From positions 39,000,001 through 39,064,000 of the forward strand of contig NC_087437.1 of assembly GCF_036321535.1 (NCBI RefSeq): a DNA stretch of 64,000 bases, read 5' to 3'. Source of the stretch: Camelus dromedarius. Taxonomy: Eukaryota. This document shows, piece after piece, positions 39,190-52,270 of this stretch. The notes below the pieces were generated by a model. The model saw only the letters and a program-made list of their open reading frames with translations, ran no database searches and was not told where the DNA came from. Position 1 is the stretch's first letter, and every line of letters starts with the position of its first letter. Both the position numbers and the translations under genes were made by a program.

Positions 39190-39948
39190 CTCACTAGTTT
39201 GTTGTATTTTTTATATTCCACATATGAAAGATATGATACAGTGTTCATCTTCTTCTGTCTGACTTATTTTACTTAGCATAATATCATCCTAGTCCATCTA
39301 TGTTGCTGCAAATAGCAAAATTTCATTCTTTTAAATAGTTGAGCAGTATTTCATTATATATATATTCCACATCGTTAGCCATTCATCTGTTGATGATAGC
39401 AAATAAACCAGTTTACATTTCCACCAATGGTGTGTGAGGTTTTCCTTTTCTCTCCATCCTCACCAACATTTGTTGTTAGTGTTCTTTTTGATGACAGACA
39501 TTCTGACAGGTTTGAGGTGATATGTCATTGTGGTTTTTATTTGCATTTCCCTGATGGTTAGCCATGTTGAGCATTTTTTTTCATGTGTCTGTTGGCCATC
39601 TATCTGCATTTCCTCTTTGTAAAAAATGTCTCTTCAGATCCTCTGCCCATTTTTTAATTGGGTTGTTTTTTTCATGTTGAGTCGTATGAGCTGTTTATAT
39701 ATGTTGGATATTAACCCCTTATCAGTCATATCATTTGCAAATATGCTCTCCCATTCAGTAGGTAGTCTTTTCATTTTGTCAATGGTTTCCTTTGCTGTGC
39801 AAAAGCTTTCAAGCTTCTTTAGGTATCATTAGTGCTTATTTTGGCTTTTATTTCTTTTGCTTTAGGAGACAGATTGCAAAAAATATTGCTACAATTTGTC
39901 AGAGTGTTCTGCCTATGTTTTCCTCTAGGAGTTTTATGGTTTCCAGTT
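39190..39948 (-). mobile_element. Younger L1 fragment (late ORF2 to start of 3' UTR) without poly(A) tail
   Basis: Antisense ORF2 C-terminus (tttgctgtgcaaaagctt, ttgcatttccctgatg, ttaaccccttatcag); 12-bp TSD ggtgaagct(a/g)ta at 39178-39189 and 39949-39960. Confidence 0.85.
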
Positions 39949-41061
39949 GGTGAAGCTGTAAGAACAGAAAAATAAATGAGGTAATTACAATTGGATATAC
40001 AAAGAAAATTTATAAAAATAAATGTTTTAAGGGAATTTAATATTCAATGCAACTAATAAAGGATTAAGTAAAATAAAATAAGCAAACTAGGATAAAATAA
40101 TCAGGTTAAAATCATATTGAACTTTGAACTTTGTACCTTTCAAAGACTGGATCCTTTTTTAAAAAACTGAGAAATAATGACTTACTAATTTCTCAAACTT
40201 AATTGAAATGTACAGGGTGCATTCTTTGATAACATAAATATTTATCAAAGGAATGTTAAGGACGACAGGCCAGATATCAATTTTTTTTTTTTTGAGGAAA
40301 AACAGTTCTCCAATACTAAGGAGCTATACATTAAGTGAGGAAAATGGAAACTGGAAGTGTTTTAATTTAGGCTGTTTAGCCAAAATAGAATGTAAGGGGA
40401 AAATCTTAGTTTAGGTCCTTTCGTTGTTAACTAGGAATTAATAGTATAAATTAACAAAGGATTTAAATTGCAAAGTTAGAAAAAGTAAAACAATACAAGC
40501 CTAAAGAAAATTAAGTAAAAATAATGAAACTCAAGGCAGAAATCAATAAATTATTAAAAAGAAAAACAAAACATGTAAGAACTTGTTCTTTAGAAAACAG
40601 CAATACATTCAAGAACTTTTTCAGTTAAAAGTCAATAAGAATAAAAGATAAAACCAATGTTGAAAGTTAGAGGGAGCATACAGATATTATAAATGAGATA
40701 TTACAATTTATGAGCATACTATATTAAATTCCAAGCTATTATATTTGAAAACATAAATGAAACATTTCTGAAAATATACCAATTTTCAAAATTTACTCCG
40801 GCAGAAATCAAAGATTAGATAGACCAAAAATCCTAACAGAATAGTACAAAATAAAAGTCAACCATCCCCTCCACACAGGTTTCTGGAGATTTTTCACCTG
40901 AGTCCAAAAAGCATCTTTGTACATACTGTTGCAGAACATGGAATATTTAAAATATTAAACATCCCATTTTAGGAGACCAGCATTAACTTTGATTACTGAA
41001 GATGATAAATTCAGTACAAAATGACTATGGACCTAACTCATAAATAAAAATAGAATAGATA

Positions 41062-41620
41062 TGGTGGCAGACATATTATTAATTTTATCCTTGAACCATC
41101 TCAATTCCATCTCTTCCTCTGCTAATAGAATCCTTATTTTCTTTGTGCTGTGATCTTCCCAGCTCAAGGTGATTAATCATGATGGGTCGAACTCTAAACT
41201 AAGGATGACAGTTACGTTCCTCTTTGCCAGCAGTTCCCGTTCCCAGCCCGCCTTAGAGCCTGAGTACGACTGGCTGACTCAGTTCTAGCTAATGGAACTG
41301 AAGAGGAGCTCTGCTGGAGGGCATCTGGGAAAAGCTGAATTGGTGCCCTAATATTAGGATCAGATAAGAGAAGAAGGCTTGTTAGTGTTTTCTGGAGTGG
41401 CAGCAGACATTTTGCAGACATGAGGTGTCAAGTGAGAAAAACAAAAACCTTTGACCGTTAAAGATGGTGAGGGACCGATGACATAATTGACCGGTGAAAG
41501 CAGGGTGAAGTCACTTCTGTTTTCCTGTTAACTGAGAGAACACACACACATACACTCACACATACTACATGCCACTGAAACCGTTACAGGTTTTTTGTTT
41601 TTGTTTTAACAGCTGGAAGA
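41062..41620 (+). mobile_element. Old MLT1 (J/K/L-like) LTR inserted in the old L1
   Basis: tggtggcagac...cttcctctgctaatagaatcc...gactcagttctagctaatgg...ctgctggagggcatctgggaaa. Confidence 0.65.
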
Positions 41621-43827
41621 GCTAATCTGAAATAAAGGCCAAAATCCAACATAAAATACTGGCAAAGAAAAGAAAACACACACACACACACACACAACAA
41701 TTTGTGCAAAACAAAAAACCCACCATACTTTAACAAAATTATTTGAAACCAAAAAGTTATTTTAAGAAGAAAAAATGATCTAATAATAGGAACTCTGTTA
41801 AGGTGATAGCACATCACTAAACCTGATGATGCTACAGAAATTAACATTCATTACTGATTTTTTAAAATGTAAGTAAATTTAGAATAAATATGTTAAATTT
41901 CAAGAATAAAATTCTGATGACTTTTCCATTAGATGTAGTTGAAGCGAGTTGAGGGTGCTCATTATTATTGTTATAATTTAAACACTGTTCTGGAAGTTCT
42001 GGTCAACGAAATATGTACTGAAATAGAAATACAGTTGAAATTTTGAAAAGGAAATTAATACTGTTATATGAAAAGAATATGATTACATGCCTATACATCC
42101 CTAGAGAATACACTGAATTGATAAGAATACTCGTAAAATGGCCTCAGGAGAGCTAGATATTGTCTGATCTAATGGAGTTAACAGAGTATACACAGATCCT
42201 ATAGAACATGGTGACAATGACACTGATGCATCTAAAACTGAGGAAGTTTATCTGGACACAACAACTGTAGTGGGCATCCATTTCTATCCAGGGGAAGCAG
42301 ACATTGGCTCTGAAACAAAATAATTCCAGTCACTATGAAGGTCTGTTGGGCTGTGTTGTAAGGTGATTTTGTTATCTTTCACCATGACTTAGATGAAAAT
42401 ATCCTTAAAAGCATTTACCATCTTTCGTTCTGATTTCTTCTCTAAGTAGCAACATTCTGTTGAATTACTTGTCTTCTCAGGTATCTTGGTTCTGGGAAGG
42501 CATGTATGTGTGTATCCTATGCATAAAGTCTTCCAGTATTTTCATTACTAGTAAAGGACTAGTTCCATAAATACATTAATAAATTCGAACTCTAGCTAAC
42601 CACAGTAGAACAGGAAAGATACAAACTGTTCAATAAATGGTATCATGAAAATTGATTACATGGAGAAAAGGCAAGTGAATTATCACATTCACATATACAT
42701 GTCAAAATGAATTCTACACAGATTGAACAGAAAATTTTAAAATAGATAAATGAAAATAATTCTAAAAAATCTAGAAAGAACATATGCATGAGTATTTAAC
42801 TTACACCCCGGGTTTAGGAAGAATTTCCCAGTGGGAAATGATACCTAGCCTAGATTAGTAGATGATACTCACCAAAAATGTACTTGAAATGTAAATACCC
42901 CAAAGGGGACCTGCAGGCCCACTTATTTTGGGAGGAATGCCTCCTCTTAAAAAGCTAAGAAAAGAACGATAAAATTCCCAGTACGGTTTCTGCACTCACT
43001 GCCCCTCTTGGATCAGGGAAACCTAGAGAATTTTTAAGATCTTTTACAAGCTGTGAGATTCTTTGGCTGTTGCCTTTAAGTGCCCTGGTCAATCTTGTTT
43101 TCCTCTAGGAATGATCAAGTCAAGACAAACATTTCCTCTTCCTGTTCATGATTATCCCCTTGTCTCTTCACAGTCAGAGACCAGATAAACCTCAATTTTT
43201 AAGCCTTTGTGTCAGGACCTGCTAGGTGCCTAGAGCAGGGAGAGAGGGAAAGAAGACAATTCTGCATCTTAGGGGGAGGCAACGGTATTCTTTGAGTTTC
43301 ACCCTGCCCCCTGCTCCCAGCACTTTTCCATACCCTGTGGATGAGGTCTCCTGCCCTGTGGTGCCCTTGCTTATCACCGTTGCATGTGACCTCATGGTGT
43401 CTGTCCACAATAAAAATGAAGAAAAAGATGACATGAGGAGAGGGGTAAGGAAATCGAGTATCCTGGATACAATCAGTGGTCGTGCTGGAGTAAGGCAGCC
43501 GGAAGACCCCAAATATCCAGAGGCTTCGTGGGAGACCACTGCCCCCTCATCTGAGCTTCGCCTGAGAGAGGGGTCTGGATGAAATTCTGTCCCTATTTAA
43601 TGCCACAAAAACAAAGTCTTCCCTGTTGTACACTGCCACTCTAGGTGCCTTGCCAGGTACCTAAAATTTTATCCCAGATCTATGGAATGGTTCAGAATTA
43701 TCCTTCATCACCTAATGTATAAAATGCAGATTCAGGTATAGGAAAAGCATTTTAAGGGTATCAGTATATAATGTATAAAAGTGCAGGATGTCTGAACATT
43801 GTCCATATCTTTGTTTATCAACTTTAG

Positions 43828-43892
43828 ACTAAAACCCAGCAAACACGATTGAAAGTGTCATGATATTTCAATCATGTTTGCTGTTTTTTAGT
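43828..43892. repeat. Near-perfect ~65-bp palindrome (inverted repeat)
   Basis: cagcaaacacgattgaaa / tttcaatcatgtttgctg arms (17 of 18 paired) around a self-complementary tcatga centre, extending to actaaaa/ttttagt. Confidence 0.85.
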
Positions 43893-45029
43893 TTTTAGAG
43901 TCAATCCACAGGCAAAGCACAAAATAAATACACTTATCTGGGATAACTTAAATATTATAAAACTTGACAATATAATAATAATGATGATGATGATGTAGCA
44001 AATTTGATAAAATGGAGGATGAAAGAGGGGAAAGTAATGAAGACTACTAAATTATTTTTTAGATTGTGGTAAATAATATATATATATATCTGTATATAAA
44101 ATAAATCAAGAAACGAAGAATTGACAATAATAAGAGTTTACAAAGGTTGGTAGGAAGGTTGGTTGTTTTAAACCTCTCATTTTGTAAAGGAAGTTGATAA
44201 ATACTGTCTAAATTTGATAAACAAAAAATAGGAGGGTAAAGGCCATAGATACTGATAACTGATTGTCTATAATGAGTGGGACTGGAAGGATGGAGGGTAG
44301 AGAAGAACAATTTTATCTTTCATTTTTCCCTTCTATACTTTTTGGACTTTGTTTTTTTTTTTTTTTAACAATATGTAAGTGTGTGTATACATATGCATGC
44401 ATACATAATGTAATATTTATATATACATGCATTTAAAAAGAGGAAGATGGATATTGTGCCTCTTGGATTTTTCATCTGTGACTCTTATTACTCTTTTTGT
44501 CCATTTCTTTACTGTTTTGCTTTTCATTCTTTGAGATTTTCTTTCTTTTATTCTATAGACTACTCCCTTGATTTTCAATTGCTTTATTCTACCATTAAAC
44601 CAATTATTTTCAAACCGTGGATCACAACATATCAGTGAGTTATGGGTCCTTTTTAAGAAATAAATAGAATTAACAGAATAATGTAATTTAGTGAAAGTTT
44701 ATATGTATAACATATATATACATATACACAATGTGTCATAATGTTATATATATTTACTTGTTAAAAAAAGCTTTCAAACCACTGATTTAGTCCATAATTA
44801 ATTAGTTTTATCAGAAAATTTGCAAATCTTACCCTTTTTGCCCTTGAACTGCTCCCTAGTCATAGAAGACCCTTCTTGATTTATGAATGTAATATCCTCT
44901 TGGCTATCTCTAAAGACACTAATATTTTTTAAGAATTATTTCCCCCTAAATTTTCTCCCAGTTTGTTAATTTATTGCTTTATTTGATTCCTTATTTTCAT
45001 GCTTTTAATATTCCTTCAGTGTCTGGTGA

Positions 45030-45179
45030 ATTTTTTTTAATTAATTTTTTTTGTTTTTTTGGAGGGAGGAGGTAATTAGATTTATTTATTTATTTATTTT
45101 AACAGAGGTACTGGGGATTGAACCAAGGACCTCACATATGTTAGGCACATGCTCTTCCCCAAGCTATACCCTCCCCCCT
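45030..45179 (-). mobile_element. tRNA-derived camelid SINE (Vic-1 type)
   Basis: gaggtactggggattgaaccaaggacc...aagctataccctcccc, same family as 16512-16651; 10-bp TSD tgtctggtga (45020-45029, 45180-45189). Confidence 0.85.
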
Positions 45180-45899
45180 TGTCTGGTGATTCTTGTTTGA
45201 CTGTTTAGATTTATGAAAAAAGGACTCATTTAATTAGTAGAGCTTGCTTGCTTGGGGTTATAGGTCTGTGTCCCCAACAGCCCTTGAATGCGAGATTCTA
45301 ATTTCAAAGTCTAAAAGGCACAGTCTGTTGACAGGAGGCGCTGCATAGCAGTGTTGCTGGGCAGCGGGTACACCCTTCATTGCCGAGTAAGGACTTTGGG
45401 AGGTGGGAATCTTACTGAATTTTATTTCTGAGTCAAACAATGTATTCTTTCTTGCTGTATATTGGAGAGGTTTGACATGACCTTAAGCCATGTTCTTCTT
45501 TCTCTCAGACTTTAGCACCCACATGTGGAACCCTCTTCTGGGAGGTGACCTATTTGCTTGGGAGAAAAATTCTTTGGGCTTGATGGAATCCTGAGGGAAA
45601 AGTTACTATCCTCTATCTGTAAAGAATGAGAAGGGGCTATCTGGTCCAGCTATTCTAAATACACATAGTACTTTAATTAATTTACTCATGTGATGTATCT
45701 TGGCTCCTTTCTGTCATTGTACTCACTGACTTTGAACTTGACAGAGCTCCCTTGGGGAAGAATCCTGCTAAGCACTGATGTTTGATGTTGTGGTTTTCTT
45801 TGCTCTGCATTATCCTATAATCAGATTACATCCGATTTTTATGTTTCGGGAATTCCTCAAATATATGAAGTAAGTTGGCACCCTTCCTTCCATTTTTAG

Positions 45900-46200
45900 A
45901 AACAGCCTATTGAATGCAGAAGCAGATACAAGAATCCAGCTGTCTTCTGTTAAGTCAGAACATTCAAGATATTTACAAAATAACAACCATGATATTATTC
46001 TCACTGGTTCTGGATAATATAGTTATTTTTCACTAAAAATGTGTCATAACATGTACTAGCTTTATTATTGTTATATTTAAATAATGACTAAGTTAAAAAA
46101 AATTCTCAGCTTAAATGTCTAATATGGTGGCTACCGATAGGTACAAACATAGGCAGAAACACTTTGGGCTCTTCAGTAATCTTTGAAATGTAAAGAAGCA
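45900..46200 (+). mobile_element. Charlie1-type hAT transposon 3' region
   Basis: tgaatgcagaagcagatacaagaatccagctgtcttctgttaagtcagaacatt matches recalled Charlie1/1a. Confidence 0.75.
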
Positions 46201-46649
46201 TTCAATATTTCTACAGTTTCCTTTAACTAGTAGTATGCACAATATTAAGTGATTTGCCCAAAGCAACATACTTCTAAAAAGCAAAGGCAGGACTTGAACT
46301 AATATCTGATTGCTCCAAAGTCCTACTTCCAAAATGGTTCTACATTCAGTCTTTGAAAGCTAATAAGTTTTTTCAGATCTCTGTCAATATCTCATCTTAA
46401 ATAATTTCTTGCTTGATTGTCACTTTCAAAAGTCTGGCATCCAGCAGGTTCTGAGTAGTGATAGAGTGTGTTTATGCATAAAACTTCTGAGGGATCTTGT
46501 ATACGTGTCTGAAATATCCTTGACATCCCCAGCAGTTATCAACCATTCTTTCTTCAGATAGAGTTGACTTTCAGTTATCACACCTGTGCCTATTCAGGCT
46601 TTTAGACACCCTGTAAACAATTTTTTTTTCATTTCTTTGTCTCTTCCAG

Positions 46650-46671
46650 ATTTGAACGATCTCAATTCTTA
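46650..46671 (+). other. Candidate 22-nt internal microexon of an unidentified long-intron gene
   Basis: Long polypyrimidine tract tttttttttcatttctttgtctcttccag, exon ATTTGAACGATCTCAATTCTTA, donor GTGAGT; open as x-FERSQFL or x-LNDLNS; non-repetitive flanks. Confidence 0.5.
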
Positions 46672-49600
46672 GTGAGTGTATTGTTATCACAATTGCTGTT
46701 AACGATTGCTATTGTAGATTACAAGTAAAACAGGTATTGTTAAGTGGCTTCTATAATTTGTTACTAATCACTATTATAATGTATCTCATGCAATATTCAC
46801 ATCAGTATTGAAATTTCAATATTCCTATACAACACTCATTATGACAATGCAGTCTCCAGTGGCTTGTGATGGTTCTCCCTTGCTTATAGTTTCAGTTTTC
46901 ACATGAGAATATGCCAAATTATGATACCCACCAGTATGACTTCTTTCCCAAGCCATGAATTATGCAGCTCTGCAGCTACTGCTGACTCTTCTGGGAATTT
47001 ATTGCCTGTAGCCTGTCCATCCCAAGTGGATCACTTCTCTCTTCCTGCCAAACCCCTCTCGCTGCCTGGACTCTGGCTCAGTTCTCTCATTGTGGCCCCC
47101 AGAGCTCTACCAGCTTTTTTTTTTTTTGACTATTTGTAACAATTAAAAAATGGTGCCCCTTCCTCAGGGCACATGCGGTCGTGAAACAGAGACCCATGAA
47201 CCCCTCATCCCCTCTGCCAGGACATTGTGGAGACGACACTCCTTGACTCTGAACAGCTTCTGAGAGGTCATATTGGGAAAATGGTGGAGAAGTTTTGTAA
47301 TACTGATATTTGAACACCACCATTTCCCGTGCCTTCTAGGTAGTCTCCCACTTCCTAGATAAGAATAAGAATACTCTTTAATTTTCAGCAGAAAACATCA
47401 TCTTTGCCACTTGCATTTCTGGTCTCTCTAGGAAAAGGTGTGTTACTTCAACACAGAATACCTGTGTGTTTCAAGCATTCACTCCCTGTAACTTTAGTCT
47501 CAAATTGTCTGCTCTCCAGATTTTTACAAAAACAGTCTATATGTCATTTTGCTATATATATTTGTCAGTCCAGCGATGCTATGGACTCAAAGAAAATGAA
47601 TGTCCTCAGGGACTGACCTTCATTTGTATCCTCTCTCTGGGAGATACCCTCTTTTTACACTGATGCTTTTGCTTGCTTCTCGGTATCAACCTTTACTTGC
47701 CCAGACCCTTCCCAGCTGGTTATTTCTTGACCCTGACAGTTTCTTCTATCCTTCTGGCCTCCTGATCTTGGATTTCTCCACCTGGAAAATTCTCCATGGG
47801 GAGGTCTGGTGTCTTTCCCTCATGGACACTTTGTAAGCAATCTGTGCTACCACACTTGTTTCTGGATATGAACCTAGAGGTGCCAAATATCCATTCTTCT
47901 GGATTCTCAAGCTTTGGTAAGGTCAGACCTCCAGGTAGCCATATTTTTGGAGCCCATGCAAATGGTTTTACTCTGTGCTTTCACATAGTGCTTTAGACTT
48001 CACTGAGAGGCAGAGTAAGTTATGTTCATATGGTTCATATCAAGGTATGGTCAGGAAGGTTCCTGTAGCTTTTAGTAGTAGCATATGAGAAGACCCTGCC
48101 CATTATAATTATAATTATTTTTTGATAATCTTTAAACAAACATCCACATGAGAAATTTTTCTTAAAATATTATGCTGAGTAGGTGTGTCTTCCCTAGTGA
48201 AATGGTACTTGTGGATTATTACATAACGAATGGTGACGAGTCTGTGGTATCCCGTGTTTTGCATTGTCCACTAGGAAGCATAGAGCTATAAGCTGTGATC
48301 ATTTTGCTGTAAGTATATTTAGCATAGGTTTCACCTTTCTATTTTATGTTTATGAGATTCCTTAACTCAAGCTGATGACTTAAATTACTCTATGATTTTA
48401 TGCTTTGCCTCATTCCAAAAGCCACCTAAGCACGGAAATATAAAAATAATGATAACAGAACAAGAGCCATGCAATAAAAAGAGGATATAGTTATAGAGAC
48501 CCTGCAGGGTTCAGAGAAATTAAAGGAAATTAGAGATAATAAAATAAGCTAATTTTGTCTGGGCCAGCGATAGTATAACTCCACATCATCTTTTCTGCAA
48601 CACATGAAGTATTTCCGCGAGTTTTACTTCTACCTCAGTGGCATTGCAGTCCTCTCATCTGGACTCCTGCTGAGTGGGCTCAGATGCCGGCCTTTCATTG
48701 AAGTCTCTTCTTTCTGGCCCATCCTGCTTGGTCGTTAGAGGGAGTATCTTGGAAGGAAGAAAGAGGTGCTAAGCAGTCCTTTCCAGGTCACAGACCTGAT
48801 GGAGATTGCTATGGCACAGAAGTGTATGAAGTTTTACATACAGTCACCTGCATCAGCATGAAAATGTTTGCCTGTATTAATTAAATCTCTTTCAAAAAAT
48901 TGTTTAAAAACAGATGTATACTGACTGATGATTGGTAGAGGCACTTGGATCTTGTCAGTACTGTCTTATTGCATGGGGAGTTTATAGACTGAATTTTTTT
49001 TGTCTCTGCCATATTTTATTCATTTTTGTCCATCCATTATGATTGCCTTTCAGTTGTGGAAGAAACTTACTCCTTTTCTTTTGTTTCCTTTCTGGTCACG
49101 TCTTCTTACAGAGCCCAGGAACTCCCTCTGAGGCCACTGCTCTTAGATGACTTGTCCCAGTGATCTTTATGTCACAGCTTAGATGATTTTTTTTAAAGTC
49201 AATTATTATTTTCTATAAAATGAAACGGGAAAACTTATTTTTAAAATACAAAACTAGGGCACACAAGAGTTAAGTGTTTATCAAAGCTTCCTAGCCAGGA
49301 GAGCCAGAGTGAGAAGTCACAGCTGTGAGTGACGAGTCTACGGCTTATCTCCGGGGACTTGCGGTACAGGTTTCTTGCCTGTTTCTTGACATTTCTGTGG
49401 ACTTGTTTGTAACCTTGGTAGTCGCAGTGTGGGAGAGAGGAGGGGGAAGAGGCGAGCTAAGTAAATAACAGTCTAATACAATCTCTGTCTTCCAAGAAGA
49501 CATTTTATGATCTTTAATGTATTCCTGCCAAAGGAAATAAAATATTTAGAAATTCACATAGAAATTCAGAGAATCACCATATGCAAAATTATCTTTTAAA

Positions 49601-50759
49601 TCTCCTATATATTTATGTAGACAGAGAGATGTATGTTTTTCTTTTTTTTATCTACTCTATCCCCACTCTATCCTCTTTGACAAAACTCAAATTGTATTTT
49701 AAGTGCTATGCTTGGTTGTGGCTGCTGCCATTTTTGGAAAAATTTTCATTAATTTTTTTTTCAAAATTTGTTGCTTTGAAAGGCCCCCTAGGGTTATGTA
49801 GGGTATAGGTCTACACAATTATTATCTGCTGTCAGCAAAACTGAATAGCTGGGAGGGAATAATTATATACTCCCTGGTGCCATAAGCCACTTCTGAACAT
49901 CTTGCAATATATACTGGATTCATTTTAAAGTGGTTGTAACTAAATGAATCACAACCTTTTGGGGATAGGGTAATAGATATTATATTAAGACTGTGTATAG
50001 TCTGTAAGAAGCCAGTATATTAAAATCTGTCAGAAAAGGTCATCATTGACTATGGGTTAATATCTGTGGTCAGTACCTTCGATAGTGCCAATGTATGTTG
50101 ACACTTATCTTTCAAGTGGCTCAAGGCAGAAAATGAGATATGGAATTTTAGCTGAAGGGTGTGAACCAGATTGCCAAAGTTCTCAGTAAAGAGAAGTTTC
50201 TTTTCTTATCTTTCCTTTTTCTTTTTTTCTTTTTTTTTTTTTTGGAATGATTCTGGGTATTTTAACATTAAGGTATATATAGGATTTTACAGTCTTTGGA
50301 CCTTGGGATCCAGGGAGAGAAAGGATATGCCCTTTTCTTCTCACCCTACCCCCAGCCAATTACCTTTGGAGAGGTATCAGCTGTGTTTTGCTAATGAGCA
50401 TTGCCGGAGGACGTTCTGGAAGCTCACTGAACACGGGGACTTGTAAGCGTCACAGTGGAATCAGACAACCTGTCAGTCTGTTTATGCGTGTGCTGGTGTT
50501 TTCTTTGCAAAGCATGCAAACCAATTAGAATGAGGCTCTCTAAGAACGTTTCTGAGGAGCTGGATGCTTCTTTTAATGTCTGGTGTGGGCATCTGTTGTA
50601 TTGGGGGGAATGAGGTGAAGAATTTTCTGATCAATTTTTAGAGGAAAATTAGGATGAAGGTAAAAACCAGTTTTGTTTAACAAGGATTTAGTAGAGAAAA
50701 TGATCTGAGTCCCATATATCTGTACAGTTTGAAAGTTCAAAAGAATGAGGACAAACATG

Positions 50760-51220
50760 TTTCCTTGACCATGCTTTTCATTAAGTGCCTATTGTTTTGA
50801 TAATTAGTTCATTACAGAGGAGAGATGTGAATGGTGACCTCTGTCCAGTCTGGCTCATGAAAAACAAATGGACTGATTTCCTCCGGGCAGTGTGATCAAT
50901 TACCAGTAATGAAGCTGAAATGAATGATCCCGGTATGCCTTTGTGCATTTTATTTTGCAAGGAAATCAGTGTCTTCTGCAGTCTGAGAGAAGGCTAGGAC
51001 TTAATACTACCTCCATAATATTCTGCCTTTCCACCCTCCCCTCCCCAAATCAAGACTTACTGTCAGATAAATTCAACTGTTGCCTTAAGGAGGAATCAGG
51101 TAAATATGGGGCAGAGATAGCAGAGTTACATTTCGAAGGTTTCCTGTTACATGAATAGCAGTCAGTTATAGAACAGGTAACTGTCAGCAGTTTTAATTCT
51201 TTGCTAGATGGAACCTCAGG
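50760..51220. promoter_or_regulatory. Candidate enhancer-like block
   Basis: Non-repetitive; CTATTGTT 50789, TAATTAG 50801, TGATCAAT 50893, TAATGA 50907, CTGTCA 51060 and 51181. Confidence 0.35.
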
Positions 51221-52074
51221 GAGGAAATGTTCTTGTATGTAGTGAGGAGTTCTTTTTTCTAAATTGTATGATGATTGAAAATTGTGGCTATCATTAATTG
51301 TATTTTTACTATTTGCCATTATAATAGGGATGATGGCAATGATATGTAGAAGCTGATACTGAGAATTTATAAACATTTATTGCAGAAGCTGGGACTTAGC
51401 ATCAGCATTCCGGAATACTGCCACCACATCCCATTGAAAAACTGACAGGGGTCCCTGACATGGGTGGTACCTTGGTATTGTCATCTCATTCTTTGTCTGT
51501 TTCTTTCTGGCTGGAAATGTTGCACTTAGTAACTGAAACCCTCTAAATAAGGGATGTGGGACAAACGGGATAAATTTTAACCTCAGTTTAGTTTTGTGTG
51601 TCCTGTCTGTTTCCTGCTTGGACCAAAATCTACTTTTAAAAAAATTATGTGTTTGCTTTGTTATAGTAGTGATGTAAAAATAAAAAGTCTGTAAAGACTT
51701 AAACTCATTATTTGCTTCTGATGGTTTGAGTGAAAAAACTTTGGGATCTTTTAGCTCCTGGTCCACATTACTGCAGAATGACAGTGTACAACATGTACTG
51801 CTTTAATCCCCTTATTTATAGGAATATCTTATTAAAATTGTGAATGACAATATAGCAGTTCATAGTGTTTTAGAGAGGAAAGAACTGAATAACTGTCATC
51901 AGTAGACCCAATATGAGCCTTCCTCATTCTGTCATTTATTAGCCATATGATCATAAAGGAGTTATCTAATTTCTACTATATAATTTCCTGATCTATTCTG
52001 TAAGATTTTTGCATTAAACAGCCTATAACATCACTTCTAGCTCTAATATTCTATGCTTTAGTGATTGTTAACTG

Positions 52075-52270
52075 TAATCATTCATTCATATATTCAGTAG
52101 ACAATATTTATAGTCACCTGGGTACCAGGACTTTACTAGTACCATCTACTAGTAGTGCCTAAGAAGATTATAAATGAGAAACAAACTACTTTTCGGAAGC
52201 TTACAGACTAGAGGAGAAGACAGACAGGTAAATAACAGACAGGTAAATACAGTGTGGTGGAAGCTGGGGA
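52075..52270 (-). mobile_element. LINE-2 3' fragment
   Basis: tcattcattca...atatttatag...gaagcttacagactagaggagaagacagac antisense L2 tail. Confidence 0.6.

Larger units (their letters stand above)
38100..42830 (+). mobile_element. Very old fragmented LINE-1 (ORF1-ORF2 remnants) interrupted by younger insertions
   Basis: A-rich ORF2-like stretches, e.g. 40470-40560 (aaggcagaaatcaataaatt), 41980-42130 (cactgttctggaagttctgg), 42620-42800 (ttcaataaatggt). Confidence 0.65.
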
